Origin: Octopus sinensis
Lineage: Eukaryota
Assembly (NCBI RefSeq): GCF_006345805.1
Contig: NC_043003.1
Coordinates: forward strand, 38,130,001-38,194,000
Direction of reading: 5' to 3'
DNA length: 64,000 bases
A model generated the notes under the pieces. It ran no database searches. It had not been told where the DNA came from and saw only the letters and a list, made by a program, of their open reading frames with translations. Shown in pieces: positions 47,845 through 62,400 of this stretch. Every line of letters begins with the position of its first letter. Positions within the stretch are counted from its first letter, which is position 1. The translations under genes and the position numbers were made by a program.

Positions 47845-48530
47845 AAACAAGAAACTAGAAAGGACACTTAACCCATCTAGTAAATGGCCCTGCTCGATAT
47901 GTAGGAAGGGTGTAGGCAGAAATTATATTTGGTGTTCCAAGTGCAAGCTATGAACACCCTAGAGGTGCAGTGGAATAATTGGAATGTTAACAGAGAAAGT
48001 TGTGTTCGTATGCGGAGGATGTACACGAGTCATAAAGTACCACAGATACACAGGAAACTGATTTCCTGAAATGTTGCGGTGGCTGTCTGGAAGTTGTAGA
48101 TAATTTTTGCTACCAAGGGGACCTAATTAACTGCGGAGGAAGCTGTACAGTACAGGAAGTGTAATTGCTAGAATAAGAGGGAGAAGTTCAGAGAGCTTGT
48201 ACCTCTGATGGCAAGCAAAGCATTAGTCTTGGTGCTGGTGCCACGTACAAAACATCGATATTGGTACCACTGAAAAGGTACTGGTGCTGGTGCCACATAA
48301 AAAGCACCCAGTGCACTCTGTGGAATGGTTGGCGTTAGGAAGGACATCCAGCCGAAAGCAGACTATGCCAAGAAACTATACCAAGGGCATTCAGCCAAAA
48401 CCGGACTATGCCAGAAACCAAGCCAAAACAGACTGGAACCTGGTGCGGACCTTGGCCTTACCGGTTCCTGTCAAGACGTCCGACTCATGCTAACATGGAA
48501 AACGGACGTCAAATGATTATGATGATGATG
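47845..48530 (+). mobile_element. Degraded RTE RT with Cys-rich insert, plus 3' tail
   Basis: WPCSICRKGVGRN...CSKCK...RCSGI; VVDNFCY.GD; tail ggacgtcaaatgattatgatgatg. Confidence 0.75.
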
Positions 48531-48959
48531 TAGTTTAAAAATCCGTGAGTCAGAAAAAAAACAGACACCCATATATTGGTCAATAGTCATCAGAAAAGAC
48601 TGAAAGGAATAGTACGGTATGAGTTCTATGTCACTAGGGACCTGATAGAGTCGCCTCTGGTCGGTAGGTCTTACAGCTATAAAAAAAACAAGAAAAAGAA
48701 AACAACAAAAAGAAACCTAAAAGAACTAAAGGAAATTTGGGGGAAATAGTTTCGTTCAAATCACAGGGATAAAAATTTAGTTCCTTGGAGTTATGCCCCT
48801 TAGACTCGGACAAGCAGGGCCGCTGGAGTATAAAAGATATTTGCCTGTAGGTTAGCATTGGGGCTGGAGTGAAAGTAGAAGTTGTAGTAGTGCTGATGGG
48901 CGATGAGCAGTGATGGGGGATGATGGGGGAAGGATTAAGCTTAAAATCATTGGCTGTTA

Positions 48960-49440
48960 TTATTATTTATTCTTTTACTTGTTTAAGTCTTTTGACTGCG
49001 GCCATGCAGGAGCACCGCCTTGGAGGGTTTAAGTCGAACAAATCAACCCCAGGACTTATTTTCAGCCTAGTACTTACTCAATTAGTCATAAATACAGCGA
49101 CACCGGTTGTCAAGCGGTGAAGGGGGACAGAGACACACACCAAGATACATATATAATGTATGTATGTATGTATGTATGTATGTATGTATGTATGTATGTA
49201 TGTATGTATGTATGCATGCATGCATGCATGTATGTATGTATGTATGTATGTATGCATGTATGTATGTATGTATGTCATTACATCCACCCCAGCGTTTCAT
49301 TGGTACTTATTTAATCGACCTCGAAAGGATGAAAAGCTAAGTCGACCTCGGCGGAACTTGAACTCAGAACGTATGGGCGTGCGAAGTGCTGCTCAGCGTT
49401 TTGCCCGGCGTGCTCACGATTCCGCCAGCTCGCCGCCTTA
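48960..49440 (-). mobile_element. SINE fragments separated by (TATG)n
   Basis: ttgactgcggccatgcaggagcaccgcc and gtcgacctcggcggaacttgaactcagaac motifs. Confidence 0.8.
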
Positions 49441-49442
49441 AT

Positions 49443-49502
<60 letters not shown>

Positions 49503-50188
49503 CTTTCTTTCTTTCTTTCTTTCTCCCCCCCCTCTCTCTGACACACACACGCATACACATACACGCACACACGCGCGCGTACCCCGCATAAATACATTAT
49601 TATCATTATTTTATGCATTCATATGTAGTAATCAATAGAGACAAACACGCCATGCAACACTCAAGCGCAGACTCCTCTGTCATAACACTGACCAAAAGGT
49701 CAGAAGCCATTTCGCTTTTACGAGATTATGTTTAATTCACCTTAAACAGCAAGTTACTTTAATATCATCACGTATTCATAATTATATTAAGGTTAAAAGC
49801 TACGAAAATATTGTACTTCTCTAACATGACAATGTTACCCAATTCTTGAATTCTACATCGAAGTTCATGCATTAAATTACCGTTTTTTTTAATGATGAAT
49901 TGTATATAATTTATTTTCTATGTTAGATAATTAGTATGTGTAGTTTAGTCAATGGACTTTCTTGCTTACCCAGAGACTACAGCCCGATGTGTGTGTCCGT
50001 ACATGTATGATGTATAAGATTTAAGCATACGGTGGGCTTCTTTCAGTTTCTGTCCATCAAATCCACTCAAAGGTTTTGGTCGGCCCGAGGCTATCGTAGA
50101 AGACATTTGGTCAAAGTGCGAAGCAGTGGGACTGAACCCAGAACCATGTGGTTGGTAAGCAAGCTTCTTACCACACAGCTACTCCTGC

Positions 50189-50316
<128 letters not shown>

Positions 50317-51289
50317 TATATATAAGCTAGTTTTCTCTAAAATGTTTCGGTTTTTTATAATTCAAAGCATTTTAGCGTTCTCGTGCAGTGTCTGACATTT
50401 GAACTCGCAAACGTCTTCTATGAGTTATCTTTGAAATCTAAACTCCTAATATATAAATTATGATGATGATGATGATGATGATATATAATATAATGTTGAT
50501 CCAAAGCGGAACTTCACAGATGAATGACAGGCAATAAATTTTAAAAGAAATATGCTTTTTATTACTTGGGATCTGTTCCATTTGAGAAGAAACTACGTGA
50601 TTTGAATTGTTTTAAGAGGTTTCGGTTGTAAAATTGTTATGATATAGGCTATGAAAGTAGATATGTGGCCGGGTGACAGGGAAGAAGGGAGGAAGAGAGT
50701 GGATTAGAGGAGTGGTGGTAAAAAAGGAGAAAGATAGGCATAAAGAATTGAACTAAGAGACTTGTTTTGCCGTGTATTTAATTCACAGGTCTTTATGATA
50801 GTGGTGGTAGGTATTTTACAGTTTCTGATGTAAGGGAGGTTACTCCAAGGGTTTAATATAATTTTGGCACACAGCCAACTATTTCGAGAGGCAGAGGCAA
50901 GTCTATTACATTGACCCCCGTACTCAACTTGTACTTATTTTATTCGACTCTGAGAGAATACATGGCAAAGAAAATAAGGAGCTGTAAGAATAGCCGCTAA
51001 GCATTTTGACCAACGTGGTAAGATTCTACCCGCTCTCTGCCTTTACAGGTATTCAATGTGGTTTCAAATTTTGGCACAAAGCCAACAAGTTTGGGGAAAG
51101 GTGTGAGTCGATTACATTGATCCCAATGCTCAACTAGTACTTATATCACCCCAAAAGGATCAAAGGCAAAGTCGACCTCGGAGAAATTTGAACTCAGAAC
51201 GTAAAGACGAACGAAATGCCGCTAAGCAACTCGCCCGGCGTGCTAGCGATTCTTCCAGCTCACCGCCTTAATAATATTATTGTAAAGCT

Positions 51290-51422
51290 CATCCACTGAG
51301 AAATGTGGATTTCCGTCATGATACAAGTGGTATGAGCATGCCCCGGAGAAAGTGACTGAAAATGAAAAGGTTAAACTGCTTTGTGATTTTCCAATCCAAA
51401 TGAATCATGTCCTAGAACATAG
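51290..51422 (+). mobile_element. Short R4-like RLE-domain fragment between SINE pieces
   Basis: KWYEHAPEKVTENEKVKLLCDFPIQMNHVLEHR, matching the W..H.P..V.EN...K.LWDF.I.T motif. Confidence 0.6.
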
Positions 51423-53133
51423 GTTCTCAAACGTAAAGACGGACGAAATGCCTCTAAGCATTTCATCCGGCGTGCAAACGATTCTATCAGCACGCCGCCT
51501 TACAAGTGTTTAATATTAAGATAAAACAAAATTAAACAAAACAAAGCAATCGATTATTATGTAAAGGAATTATACAAATAAACAGTTAACGGAGTGAATA
51601 TGGCTTCATATTTCTACAAGAAATATGAAGCCATGTTTGAAAACAAAACCAAAATAAAATTACTTTGAATTATGGTCCAAGATATCTGTCGGAGATGGAA
51701 CAAAATTTCTAGTTTCTCCTTTGTGCATAATTCGCAGAATATCGGGCGATTTTTGCCGCATGTTTCAGAATTTTGTTATTGATGTCGAAGTTGTTTCAAA
51801 ACCTATTTGTATTTTAACGAAGTGGTGTCTTATGTGTAACTGGAGTCTGAAAATTATGTGTATGTATATGTTGGTTATATCAAGTTTTCAACAAAATACA
51901 ATCAGTAAACTATTTTATTGTAAACCACTTCGTTAAGGCTTTGTTGAATATTACTCTAAAAAAAGCTGAATCTTCTGAGTATCTCGCATACTAAGTTACA
52001 TATTGTATAAATCCTGTCTCATGTAATTTAGAAGGTAAATATCTAACAACTGCCATTGTCTATGACGCTGATATGAGACTAGAAAATGTATCAATAACGA
52101 AACATTATATTGGTTTAACACCTCCCTGGTTTAAACTGCATTTTAATGAACAAACACACACACACTCATACATCTTTCAGAACACAAACAAACATACTGC
52201 TACCACTTTGTCATGGTACATTTGGGATTCGAAGGCCATGCATAAATATTGAAATGACTTGGAAAATTTAAGATATGCATCAAAATATGACCAAGTTTTG
52301 AGATCCTGAGATTATGAACAAGTGAATAAGTAGAAATGTTGTTCTATCCTGCGAACATCTTGAGCTGCAATTCAGATTTAATATATTATTGCGGACACAG
52401 ACTTCATATTTATTGCAGATCTATTTATGTGAAAATGTTATTTACACTATACACTGTTTATTTAAATTACAGTCAATTAAAATATGTTAACCTTTAGGGA
52501 AATCTCCCTTGCGCTATTAACTGTAAGACCTGCAATATATACATTTCTATAAAGTTAACACCCTGCTTCACTCCTATCTTACACCTTCTACTCTTCACTC
52601 TTACATTCCTCTTTTCAAGCACTATTTTTCTTTATCCTCTCCCTCCACCTCATATCATAGCGTATTTTTTATTCGAAATCACTCATACTCAATTTATACA
52701 ATTATTCTCAAATGAGACACCTCACAATCAATCAAAACACGTGTTTATTTTCAAATAGTTTATGATTTTGTGAAAGTTTTCCGTCTAATTACTACTGATA
52801 GATGTGCTAAGAGGTCAAATACAGAGTTGTGCTAGCAAAATCTCCGCTTCGATTACATTTTATGCAACTTTACACTCGTTTTTGTGAAATGTTTCGCGTG
52901 TACTTGGTCATTCATCAAATATGATCCAAAATAAATGAATTTCCTTTCTCCCTTGTAAGATTAAAGCTTCTTATCTGAGAGATGAATGTCAGCAAGTCTC
53001 TCAAGTGAAATAGTATTGCAGCTGTCCAGTCTACGGCAGACGTATAGTTAGATTCCGTGGATGACTTTGTGGACTTTTTTTTTCTGTCTGTCTAACCTGA
53101 TATTTTATGAGTCATTATTCATAACTACATTTA

Positions 53134-53290
53134 AAGCGGCGAGCTTGCAGAATCTTTCGCCCGCCGACCCGAATGCTTAGCGGTATTTCATCTATCTTTA
53201 CGTTTCAAGTTCAAATTCCACCGAGTTCATTGCCTTTCATCCTTTTCGGGATTGATAAAACGAGATCCAGTTGAATACTGAGGATGATAT
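53134..53290 (+). mobile_element. tRNA-derived SINE, sense orientation
   Basis: aaagcggcgagcttgcagaatc...caaattccaccgagttcattgcctttcatcc. Confidence 0.8.
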
Positions 53291-53488
53291 GAAATTACTG
53301 GCCTTGTGCCAAAATTTGAAAGTATTATTTATAACTACATTTGTATTTGAACTACTACATGAAGAAAAAAAGACTTCATTTCAAATTTCCCAATGCTTCA
53401 AATCACGACTCCAAAACATATTCGCTCCAGAAAAAACAAACAAACAAACATATATTCATGTATGTATACATATATATGTACGTGTGTG

Positions 53489-53521
<33 letters not shown>

Positions 53522-53620
53522 ATTCATGCGTGCGTATGTGTGTATGCTTGAGTTTGTGTGAAGACAGTGTATTCATGCTACGACATGCATTCCATTAAGC
53601 GTTCCACATTTCTTTCCCAG

Positions 53621-53885
53621 GATGGTTCTACTGTCCAGATTGCGATGAAGACTGTCCGCCACCCTACTACGAAGACGCTCAGGCAGTGTCCGACGCAAGA
53701 GCCAAAGCTGTGATCACCATGAAGGAAACATTGGCCATACACCAGCCAGAGAGTTCAATACAGAGTGGAAAAGATTTTTACGAAGAACGACCAGTTGAAC
53801 CCGGTCGAGTGTTGCGAGTGTTGAATTCCGATGTGGTGAAAGGGAAACACTTGAAACAGCTGAAACAATATCAGAATAAAACAAG
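53621..53885 (+). CDS. CABIT-domain protein, coding exon 2
   Basis: Acceptor tttctttcccAG|, phase 1 gives G-WFYCPDC...; donor AG|GTAAAT phase 2; open throughout. Confidence 0.88.
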
Positions 53886-54809
53886 GTAAATATGATATAT
53901 CACTTTAAATTATGGTATCAGTTATAAGAACAACACCTTAATCCTTAGGCCCTAGGTTCGATTCCTGGACGGGGCGGCACGTTGTGTCCTTGACCAAAGC
54001 ATATCACTTCATTTTGCTCCAGTTTACTCAGCTGAAAATAAATACCAGCCGAATGCAGGCACGGTTCTCTCTCTCTCTCCCTCTCTCTCCCTCTCTCTGT
54101 TCCTCCTTTCTCTCCCCTCCCCAATCTCACTCTCTCTCTTTCTCTCCCCTTCCTTCCTCTCTCTCCCTCCAGCCTTCATGTTCCCGATGTTTCGTTGGTT
54201 CACGAGACTGTGTCTATATCTGCTCGCAATTACACAGGCACCAAAAACAATTAGCGAAAGCATGGTGCACGCTGCCAGGTCATACTCGCTTGTATTGATA
54301 GTCAGATGTAATAGTGAATCAGTTGAGTTGGTGGTGTTGATGGTGGTGGTAATGGCGGTGGTGGTGGTGATAGTGAGGTATTAGTGATGTTGTTGTTGGT
54401 GGTGATGGTAGTGGTGGTGGTTGTAATGGTAATGGTGGTGATGGTGGTTGTGGTGGTGGTGGTGATGTCGTTTAGCTCTCGATCGTTTCTGGTCATCTTG
54501 CCTCTCCATTTACATTATTCAATGCAGACGTCTTTTTTAAATGACGGATGATAGGGTGTGATTTGAGGGAGGTTTGGCTGCTATTTTGTAACAGTGCTGC
54601 TATGATTGAGCAAAATCATATAGGCCCGTGGTTATTTTTGCACTTCTACTCTTTTACTTGCTTAAGCCATTGGACTACGACCATACTGGGTCACTGCATT
54701 TAAGGATTTAGTCGATAATATCAACCTCAGTACTTATTTTAGCGAATTATATTTTTCAAGCCGATAAATTACGTATATAAAAAAAAAGTATCGTTCGTTA
54801 AGCGATGTA

Positions 54810-55560
54810 CGTGGTCTGAACAATAAGTATCCGGACTGTTGCCATAATAACGAAGCTGAAGCACATAAAGTGAAACCGCTTGACACAGCTTGAACTCCGC
54901 TGTGCATGTGCACTACATTTTAACGTTCTAGCCCACCTCCCCTGTTTACAGCAGTGCTTAGAAGGAAGGTGTGTAGCGTGTGTTCTGAAACTGAAACCCC
55001 GAATGTCTTTTTGGTCAGCTGAAATCAGTTTTCGCACAAACTTGGCAGACACACGTCTCATGCTCAAATCTTAAGCGATAATGGACTGAACTGAACCACA
55101 ACTAATCTGCGCATTCTCTGATAACTCACGGATGGTGATTCGACGATTTTCCCTCACAGCTGCACGCATATCTGTGATGTTTTTCTCAGTTCTGTTGGTT
55201 GCGGGTCTCCCAGAATGTTCGTGAGTATCGACAATTTTTTCGGCCATCATGGAAGCGTCTGAACCACTCATAAACTTGAGTGCGGGTCATGCACTCCACT
55301 CCATATACTTTCTGCAACTTTTCGTAGGCCTCTGAGCAGGTATCGCCATGACAACTTTCTCAGCCATGGTCAATGCGACGGTCACACGCTACGCACCTTA
55401 CTTCCAAGCGCTTCTGTAAATAGCCGAAGTGAGCTAAAACGTTAAAACTTAGTGCACACGCACAGCAGAGTCCAAGGTCTATCTTTGCCGAGCGGCTTCA
55501 CTGTGCGTGTTTAGCCTCGTTACTATGGCAACAGTCCGGATACTTATTGATCAGACCTAG
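54810..55560 (-). mobile_element. Internally deleted mariner element with both TIRs
   Basis: TA|cgtggtctgaacaataagtatccggactgttgccat ... atggcaacagtccggatacttattgatcagacctag|TA; HEHSGRPAT...RRITIRELS...MRRVSAKFV. Confidence 0.9.
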
Positions 55561-56282
55561 TAAACGTGAAAACACACTCATGTACACATGTATTCAACAG
55601 ATTTCTTGAGTTTCCGTTAACCAAATGTCACTCACAGGCATGGTACTACATAGCGGGATTGAACCAGAAGAAACTACTTGGTTGCCATGCCAATTTTTTA
55701 ATCACCTTGCAATGCTTGCGAGAGCGTTTGAATTTGACACAACAATCTAACAAGAAAATAAAATGTTCAAGATAATTTAGCTGCTTGTATCTTGTAATTC
55801 TTTCCTAAGTCAGTAGGAATGAAGTCTTATTGTTACAAACGTAAATGCAAAAGAACTGGCAGAATCGTTAGAGCGTCCGTAAAAATGTGCATTGTGACAT
55901 TTCTACGGTTTTTTTTTTACATTCCGAGTTCAAACTCTGCTGAGGCCAACATTACCGTTCATCCTTCCGAGGTCGATAAAATAGAGTGCCACTCAAATAC
56001 TGAGGTTTATGCAATCGACGGACCGCCGCCCCTTAAAACTGCCAGTCTTGTGTCTAAACCATAAGCCATTGTTAGAAATACAGTGCGATGAGAAAATTTG
56101 ACCTTGGTCAGTAAGTCTTGAGCTTTAACGACTCAAACTGCCAGTTACTTTTATGTCAAAAGGACCGATACTGAGGTGATTGATGTGGTTAAAAATGATT
56201 GTAAACCATATTTCAATACATTTGATATTTGAATTTTTTTTCCAGAAAATAATTCCTGTTCTTTTGCTTTTATTACTTTCAG

Positions 56283-56922
56283 ATTTTTGAAATGCTTCAG
56301 TGAAAGTAAAGATATCCTCCTGATTCCGTTTTCATCCAACACTGGCTTTTGTGAGCTTCCTCTTGATGGCCCAGACAGTAAAAAATATTTAACGATGAAG
56401 AATATAATTGAACGTGAAGACTTTCCATTCCGATTAAATTTAGTATGTGGTAATCTACCGCCAATTCTTGATACTTTTGTCGGAGTAGTTACGGCTAAAA
56501 GGGTAATCAAAGAATGCACAGTATTAGCTTCTACCCTGAGTAGTAGCGATCCATTATTGTTAGAATTAAAACTTGATTCCCCTGTACGTTTTTCTCTAGC
56601 TTTGAATAATCTAGACCTTCAACAGCGCGATGACTACTTAGAAGCCCTTCACGTTTGCAATAGCGAAGGAGAAAGCTATCTGCAGAATATGAAAGTTGCA
56701 TTTCAAGTTTACCCAGATGTTTCAAATTTAAGCGAAGACAACAAAGATTGTGAAGAGAACTCCAGCATCACCAGAACTGATTCTATTGGGTTATTTTCTG
56801 AAATATCAGACGAGTTCTCCGTTGAAAACTGGGAACAGGACAAAAAAGACAATTCCCTACCGAGCAATTTAGCTACAGAAAAAGAGTTAAAATCTGCACC
56901 GCACAGTGAAACATTCGTTTGA
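56283..56922 (+). CDS. CABIT-domain protein, final coding exon
   Basis: Acceptor ttttattactttcAG|, phase 2 gives R-FLKCFSESKDILLIPFS...EDFPFRLNLVCG; stop TGA at 56920-56922; spliced ORF 1215 nt = 404 aa. Confidence 0.9.
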
Positions 56923-57074
56923 CTTAGCAAATTGTCTAATTGGTATTTAATTCACTATCAGTATTATCAATCTATTTGATAAGTTGGTTAATTAATTTAT
57001 ACATGTAATTGATATTGATCAGGTCATCAAATATCTAAATAACTAACCTTTTATTCACCAACTGGTTACATAGT

Positions 57075-57136
<62 letters not shown>

Positions 57137-57174
57137 TGCTCATATAATACTGTGAACATTTAGTTTTGGATACT

Positions 57175-57180
57175 AATAAA
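57175..57180 (+). terminator. Likely polyadenylation signal of the CABIT gene
   Basis: First AATAAA after the stop codon, followed by AT/T-rich sequence. Confidence 0.5.
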
Positions 57181-58760
57181 AATTTATTATGGTTTAAAGA
57201 AAACTAATGAACCACATCTTCAACTATTCAAAAAAAGATTCGTATTAATACATATTAAAAAAAATTTCTTGTATCTTACACAAACCTTAAAGTTTCATTT
57301 TTGTTATGGTCCTAGGTTATGCTTCACTGAGCAAACCAATGACCAAAAGGTATTCCATCCCTGACCGTTCCAATTTTTGAATACATTATTCAATATATCT
57401 TTTTTTTAAAAGAGATGTGAGGATGTGATTTGAATGAAATTTGGCGGTAATTTTTAGCAAGTTCTACAACAGATGATTTTTTTACGATTTTTTTTACTCT
57501 TCGTTGTTATTGTAATTAGGTCAGCTCTGATTGAGCAAATCAAAGACGTTCCAGATGTGATCACCCTAACTTTTATTAACACATGTTGTATTCAATATTA
57601 TCTAAATGTGTCCTTTTCTCTATAATACGGTAGGGTTTGATTCTAGGGAGATTTGGCTGATATTTTTAACCTGTCCGGCGATTACAATAACAAACATTTC
57701 GTCGGTTGATTTCTGATACTTGTTCGTCTCCGACAAATAGATGAAAGCCACTTCACACCATTTAAGCTGGTTGTGATCGAACAGACCCTTGATGGAAGGC
57801 GTTCTAATCATTTCCATCCTGATGTTTTTTGTATCGCACGGACTATTTATGTGTGTGCGTAACTTTGATGTCAATCCTGATCCAGCAGACTGAAGACGTT
57901 CCAGTCATGACGACCCGCACCTCACCTCAACAATTAAAAAAAAATGTTTTGTATTATACGTAGTGTATCTCAGATTACACGTTCCAACGTATCTTTTCTT
58001 GTTATTGCTGTGGTTTAACTTCCGGCTCAACTCAATCAAAGAAACTTATATAATCAAAACCAGAGACATTCTTACTGTAGAATGTTCAAGGGTGATGCTA
58101 AAAAGAATTGGCTGCTATTTCTACCATGTCGAGCGACAAGATTAATTGACACTCCATAAGCTGGTTTTGACACTCGTTGTTCAAAAGGATGAAAGTCATT
58201 TCGCGACATTTACATTCTGATGTTGGTACTAGCAGCTTGTTCTGTGTGTGCGTATTTCGTTGTACATGGAATACATTGATAAATTGAAGTGGTGTCCCGC
58301 ACAAAATTTTATTAAAGGTTAAGTCCATTGCTTTCAAAACCGCTATCGAAGATTATTAAACATTAGTTATATGCAGTGAATGGTAGCAAGTGGTTTGATT
58401 GGACACCAGTTTCGATGAAGCATTTCGAACTGATGTGATTGTCTGCCTGGTTTTGCTCTGCATATCACCATACCAAAAGATGGGAAGTCTAAACGGAAAA
58501 ATCTCATATATATTTACACATAATCATCTGCCCACACACATATTTATGAGTCTCTCCTCTTTCTATGTATATAATTATTTCAATAAAAATACGATTTGTT
58601 GTTGCTTAACGTCAGACTAAACGGTGAAGACATATTTACATATTGAATCAAAGGAGAACGTGATCGTATATACAAAAATGAAGTGTTATCGGGAAACGTG
58701 AATTTGTAGCCCAGCGAGTTCTCACGCTTTAATTTCTCTTTTCTCTCTTTTCCTGATACA

Positions 58761-58796
<36 letters not shown>

Positions 58797-58808
58797 TATA
58801 TATGTATA

Positions 58809-58874
<66 letters not shown>

Positions 58875-59108
58875 AACATATTTACATACGGATATACATA
58901 CCTGCTTGCACACTTATTCTTTGTGCTGAGTTCTTTTTTTATTCACCCGCCGATATACACTCTCTTGCACATACAAACATATTCATACACAGGCGCACAC
59001 GCGATGTGCACGTGCACACCCACATGCTTTTGCTTTCAAATGGGCCTTCGATACAATAAAGCAGTTGAATATTTTGTCGCCATTAATCGAAACTTTTTTT
59101 GTTTTAAA

Positions 59109-59496
59109 TCTCTCTCTATATAAACGGCAGTTTGTCTGTGTGTGTTTCTGTGTGTCTGTTAGGTTGTACCATCACTCTGACCACGGCTTTCAACCGATTC
59201 TGATGAAACTTGACACATACACATAGCCCAATGTCATAATTCAAAACTAACGCAGCGAAAATTTTGAAAAGTTCCCCCAGTTCTGAAAAAGATCGATAAA
59301 TTCGACATGGAGTCGACAATCAGAAACACAAACCACAGATGGTCTAGGGGACGCAACTCGACCTTTTTAACTATCAAAAAAAAATTTACCATCATTTTTT
59401 CCCCCATTTTTTTGCTATTTTTTGGCTATAACTCTCTAAAAATGCTTTATAGTTATTTCCCTTACAAACCCGAGCAACGCCGGGCGATACTGCTAG
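59109..59496 (+). mobile_element. Complete non-autonomous Helitron, same family as 9711-10081
   Basis: A|TCtctctctatataaacggcag ... cgggcgatactgCTAG|T. Confidence 0.92.
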
Positions 59497-59629
59497 TCTT
59501 TCATAATTCGTAACAAATGAATATCGGATAGCTTTGTAGCATATTGGTAGATACTCCAAGCAAATCTAAACATTTTCAGTTGTTAACATCCATCTCAAAT
59601 TCAACGTTAAAACTTTTTTTAAAAATTTT

Positions 59630-59900
59630 GGCTATGTAACTAAGTGGTTAGAGTATTCGGCTCGCGATCGCAAGTTCAATTCCTGGCGGCGCGTCGTGTT
59701 CATGAGCACGACGCTTTAGCTCACGTTACTCCAGTCTACTCAGCCGGCAAAATGTGTTGAACCTGTAATTCAGTGACACAGAAACTGTCATTCAGTGTTA
59801 CACTCAGTCTCCCTTGAACTATTTTAAGGGTACACATGTTTGTGGAGTGCTCAGCCACTTGCACATTAATTTCGGATCAGCTGAACCATTCATCGTCGTA
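59630..59900 (+). mobile_element. tRNA-derived SINE (degraded)
   Basis: taagtggttagagtattcggc...caagttcaattcctggc head; tail matches 42550-42660 reversed. Confidence 0.7.
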
Positions 59901-60249
59901 ACCGGAGGAATGCCAGTTTAATACTCTGAAATAAAATCTCTATAAAAAGTATACCTTAATTTCATACAAATTCTTTGATTTTGACCGAGGGAACAAAAAT
60001 ATCCTTTGATTGTTGAACAGTTTTCAATGATTCTTTAAATAGTGTTGTCTGTTTATTATGTGAAAATCGGACGGAAAAATGGAACCATATGGTTTCAGTT
60101 TCTGTCACACTGACAAATGCCTTTTGCTATAGTCCTGGACCGACCGATTCCTTGTGAATGAATTTGGTTGAAGGAAATTGTGTGGAAACCGTATATATAT
60201 ATATATATATTCCTTGTTATTTGTACACATTGAAAAAGTACATATACAT

Positions 60250-60490
60250 TTATATATATATATATATATATTGCCCACAAGGAGCTAAACACAGAGAGGA
60301 CAAACAAGGACAGACAAAGGGATTAAGTCGATTACATCGACCCCAGTGTGTAACTGGTTCTTAATTTATCGACCCCGAAAGGATGAAAGGCAAAGTCGAC
60401 CTCGGCGGAATTTGAACTCAGAACGTAACGGCAGACGAAATACGGCTATGCATTTCGCCCGGCGTGCTAGCGTTTCTGCCAGCTCGCCCT
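60250..60490 (-). mobile_element. tRNA-derived SINE
   Basis: gaccccgaaaggatgaaaggcaaagtcgacctcggcggaatttgaactcagaac...ccagctcgcc. Confidence 0.88.
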
Positions 60491-60530
60491 CTTCTGTGTG
60501 TGTGTGTGTGTCTGTGTGTGTGTGTGTGTG

Positions 60531-60579
<49 letters not shown>

Positions 60580-60859
60580 TTATACACACACACACGCTTA
60601 TAAACATATTTTTCGGTCATTTTGTAATGAACAATGCTGAAATTGTTGACACCAAAACATGTAGGATTGCAGCTTAGGTCAAAAGGAAATTCTAATATTG
60701 CCCCAAGAATTACCTAGACTTACGATTTAAAGAACTGGATGACGTATGAGGACGTTGCGGTATCCGTACTGCAGAAATTAAGGTACATGGAAAGAAAGCT
60801 GTTTCATTGTGAAAAGCATCATCTCTAATGTTTGGGTAGACTGCACACTTCAACATATG

Positions 60860-62400
60860 TTAAGGGAAACCGTCTGGGTAAACTATGTTTTGCATAAGCC
60901 TAGTATTGATAGAATAAATATACAAGTCATCTGCACTGCTAACTCGAGAGCGTGCGAGAAATAGTTGTCCATGAGAAAAGCAGGGTATTTGTAAATCGAG
61001 ACCCACAATTTTTGAAGTTTGACCCTGGGCTTTATTGATTGCCATAGCGAAGCATAATCGCAATGGGAACTGGAGACGCTTGAACTGAAATGACATATTT
61101 GAGTGAATAAAGGGCATGCGTGGAATGTATGCGATCGCTCCTCGATGAGCCGGCAATAATGGTTGCTTGTAGGACATGACTTGTCATTGTAATTAGAGTG
61201 AATCTTGTACCTTTGCATAGTCGTGGTGGGTCGAAATTCCCCAAAAGCATGATAGGTGTACCTTTCTTTAGGAAAAAAAACTAATGCGGTGGCAGTCTTG
61301 TAGGTTGTAGAGAGTTGAGAAATTCAGCTGCATAGTCAACAGTGACATGTTAGTGGATGACAAACGTTGAAACATCTACTCTTTTACTCTCTTTTACTTG
61401 TTTCAGTCATTTGACTGCGGCCATGCTGGAGCACCGCCTTTAGTCGAGCAAATCGACCCCGGGACTTATTCTTTGTAAGCCCAGTACTTATTCTATCGGT
61501 CTCTTTTGCCGAACCGCTAAGTGACGGGGACGTAAACACACCAGCATCGGTTGTCAAGCAATGCTAGGGAGACAAACACAAACACATACACACACACACA
61601 CACATATATATATACATATATACGACAGGCTTCTCTCAGTTTCCGTCTACCAAATCCACTCACAAGGCATTGGTCGGTCCGGGGCTATAGCAGAAGACAC
61701 TTGTCCAAGATGCCACGCAGTGGGACTGAACCCGGAACCATGTGGTTGGTTAGCAAGCTACTTACCACACAGCCATTCCCGCGCCTATTCTCCAGGTAGA
61801 ATGTGGAGTTCATGGTATACTTTATCAACGCTTTCATTCTGAGGTGCTAAAATAGCTCTCTCTGCGAACCATGCTATGTTTTTAAAGTTATCTTGCAATG
61901 TGGGAAATATCTTTTCTTGAAGCTCAGCTGTTGCAGGGTGTTATTCAACGGTAAAGTGCCATTTCTAATTAGTAGAAGTTGATGAAAGAATTCCTCAGCC
62001 AAGGGGTCGTTGTAGAGCTGAGCTCGCATAATGTAGCTTAATGAAAGCTGATGAACAAGCCTCCACAGAGGTGAAAACTTCAGACACACATTGATGTCGT
62101 CAGCTCGCGTACCCCGTGGTATGACTGGTAATATTTGATGGAAATCCCCTTTGAGGACAACAGTTAAGCTCCCCATAAAAGAAGTACTGTTTCTAATATC
62201 CCTTAGTGACCTATCTTGGGCTTCTAATGCACCACGGTGTGCCATCGTGCATTCATTCCAGACAATAAGTGTAGTTTAGAGCAGAACTTCCGCTGTCGGT
62301 GATCATTTTCAAATATTACACATTTGGGCATCGCCGAAGTGAGTTTTCTTGAGCACGAATAGAGGTAGTTTTCTTTGCGGCCCTTGTTTGTGGAGATAAA
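60860..62400 (-). mobile_element. Helitron PIF1-like helicase relic, interrupted by a SINE
   Basis: WNECTMAHRGALEA.DRSLRDI, GDFHQILPVIPRG, QFPLRLCFAMAINKAQGQT, FSHGQLFLARSRV, QNIVY motifs; frameshifts and stops. Confidence 0.92.
61377..61786 (-). mobile_element. Young full-length tRNA-derived SINE
   Basis: Nearly collinear with 26335-26732. Confidence 0.92.

Noticed and set aside
52885-52920. Minus-strand TGATGA...GAAAC as a hammerhead ribozyme
   Set aside because: The core C is missing and stem II cannot pair.
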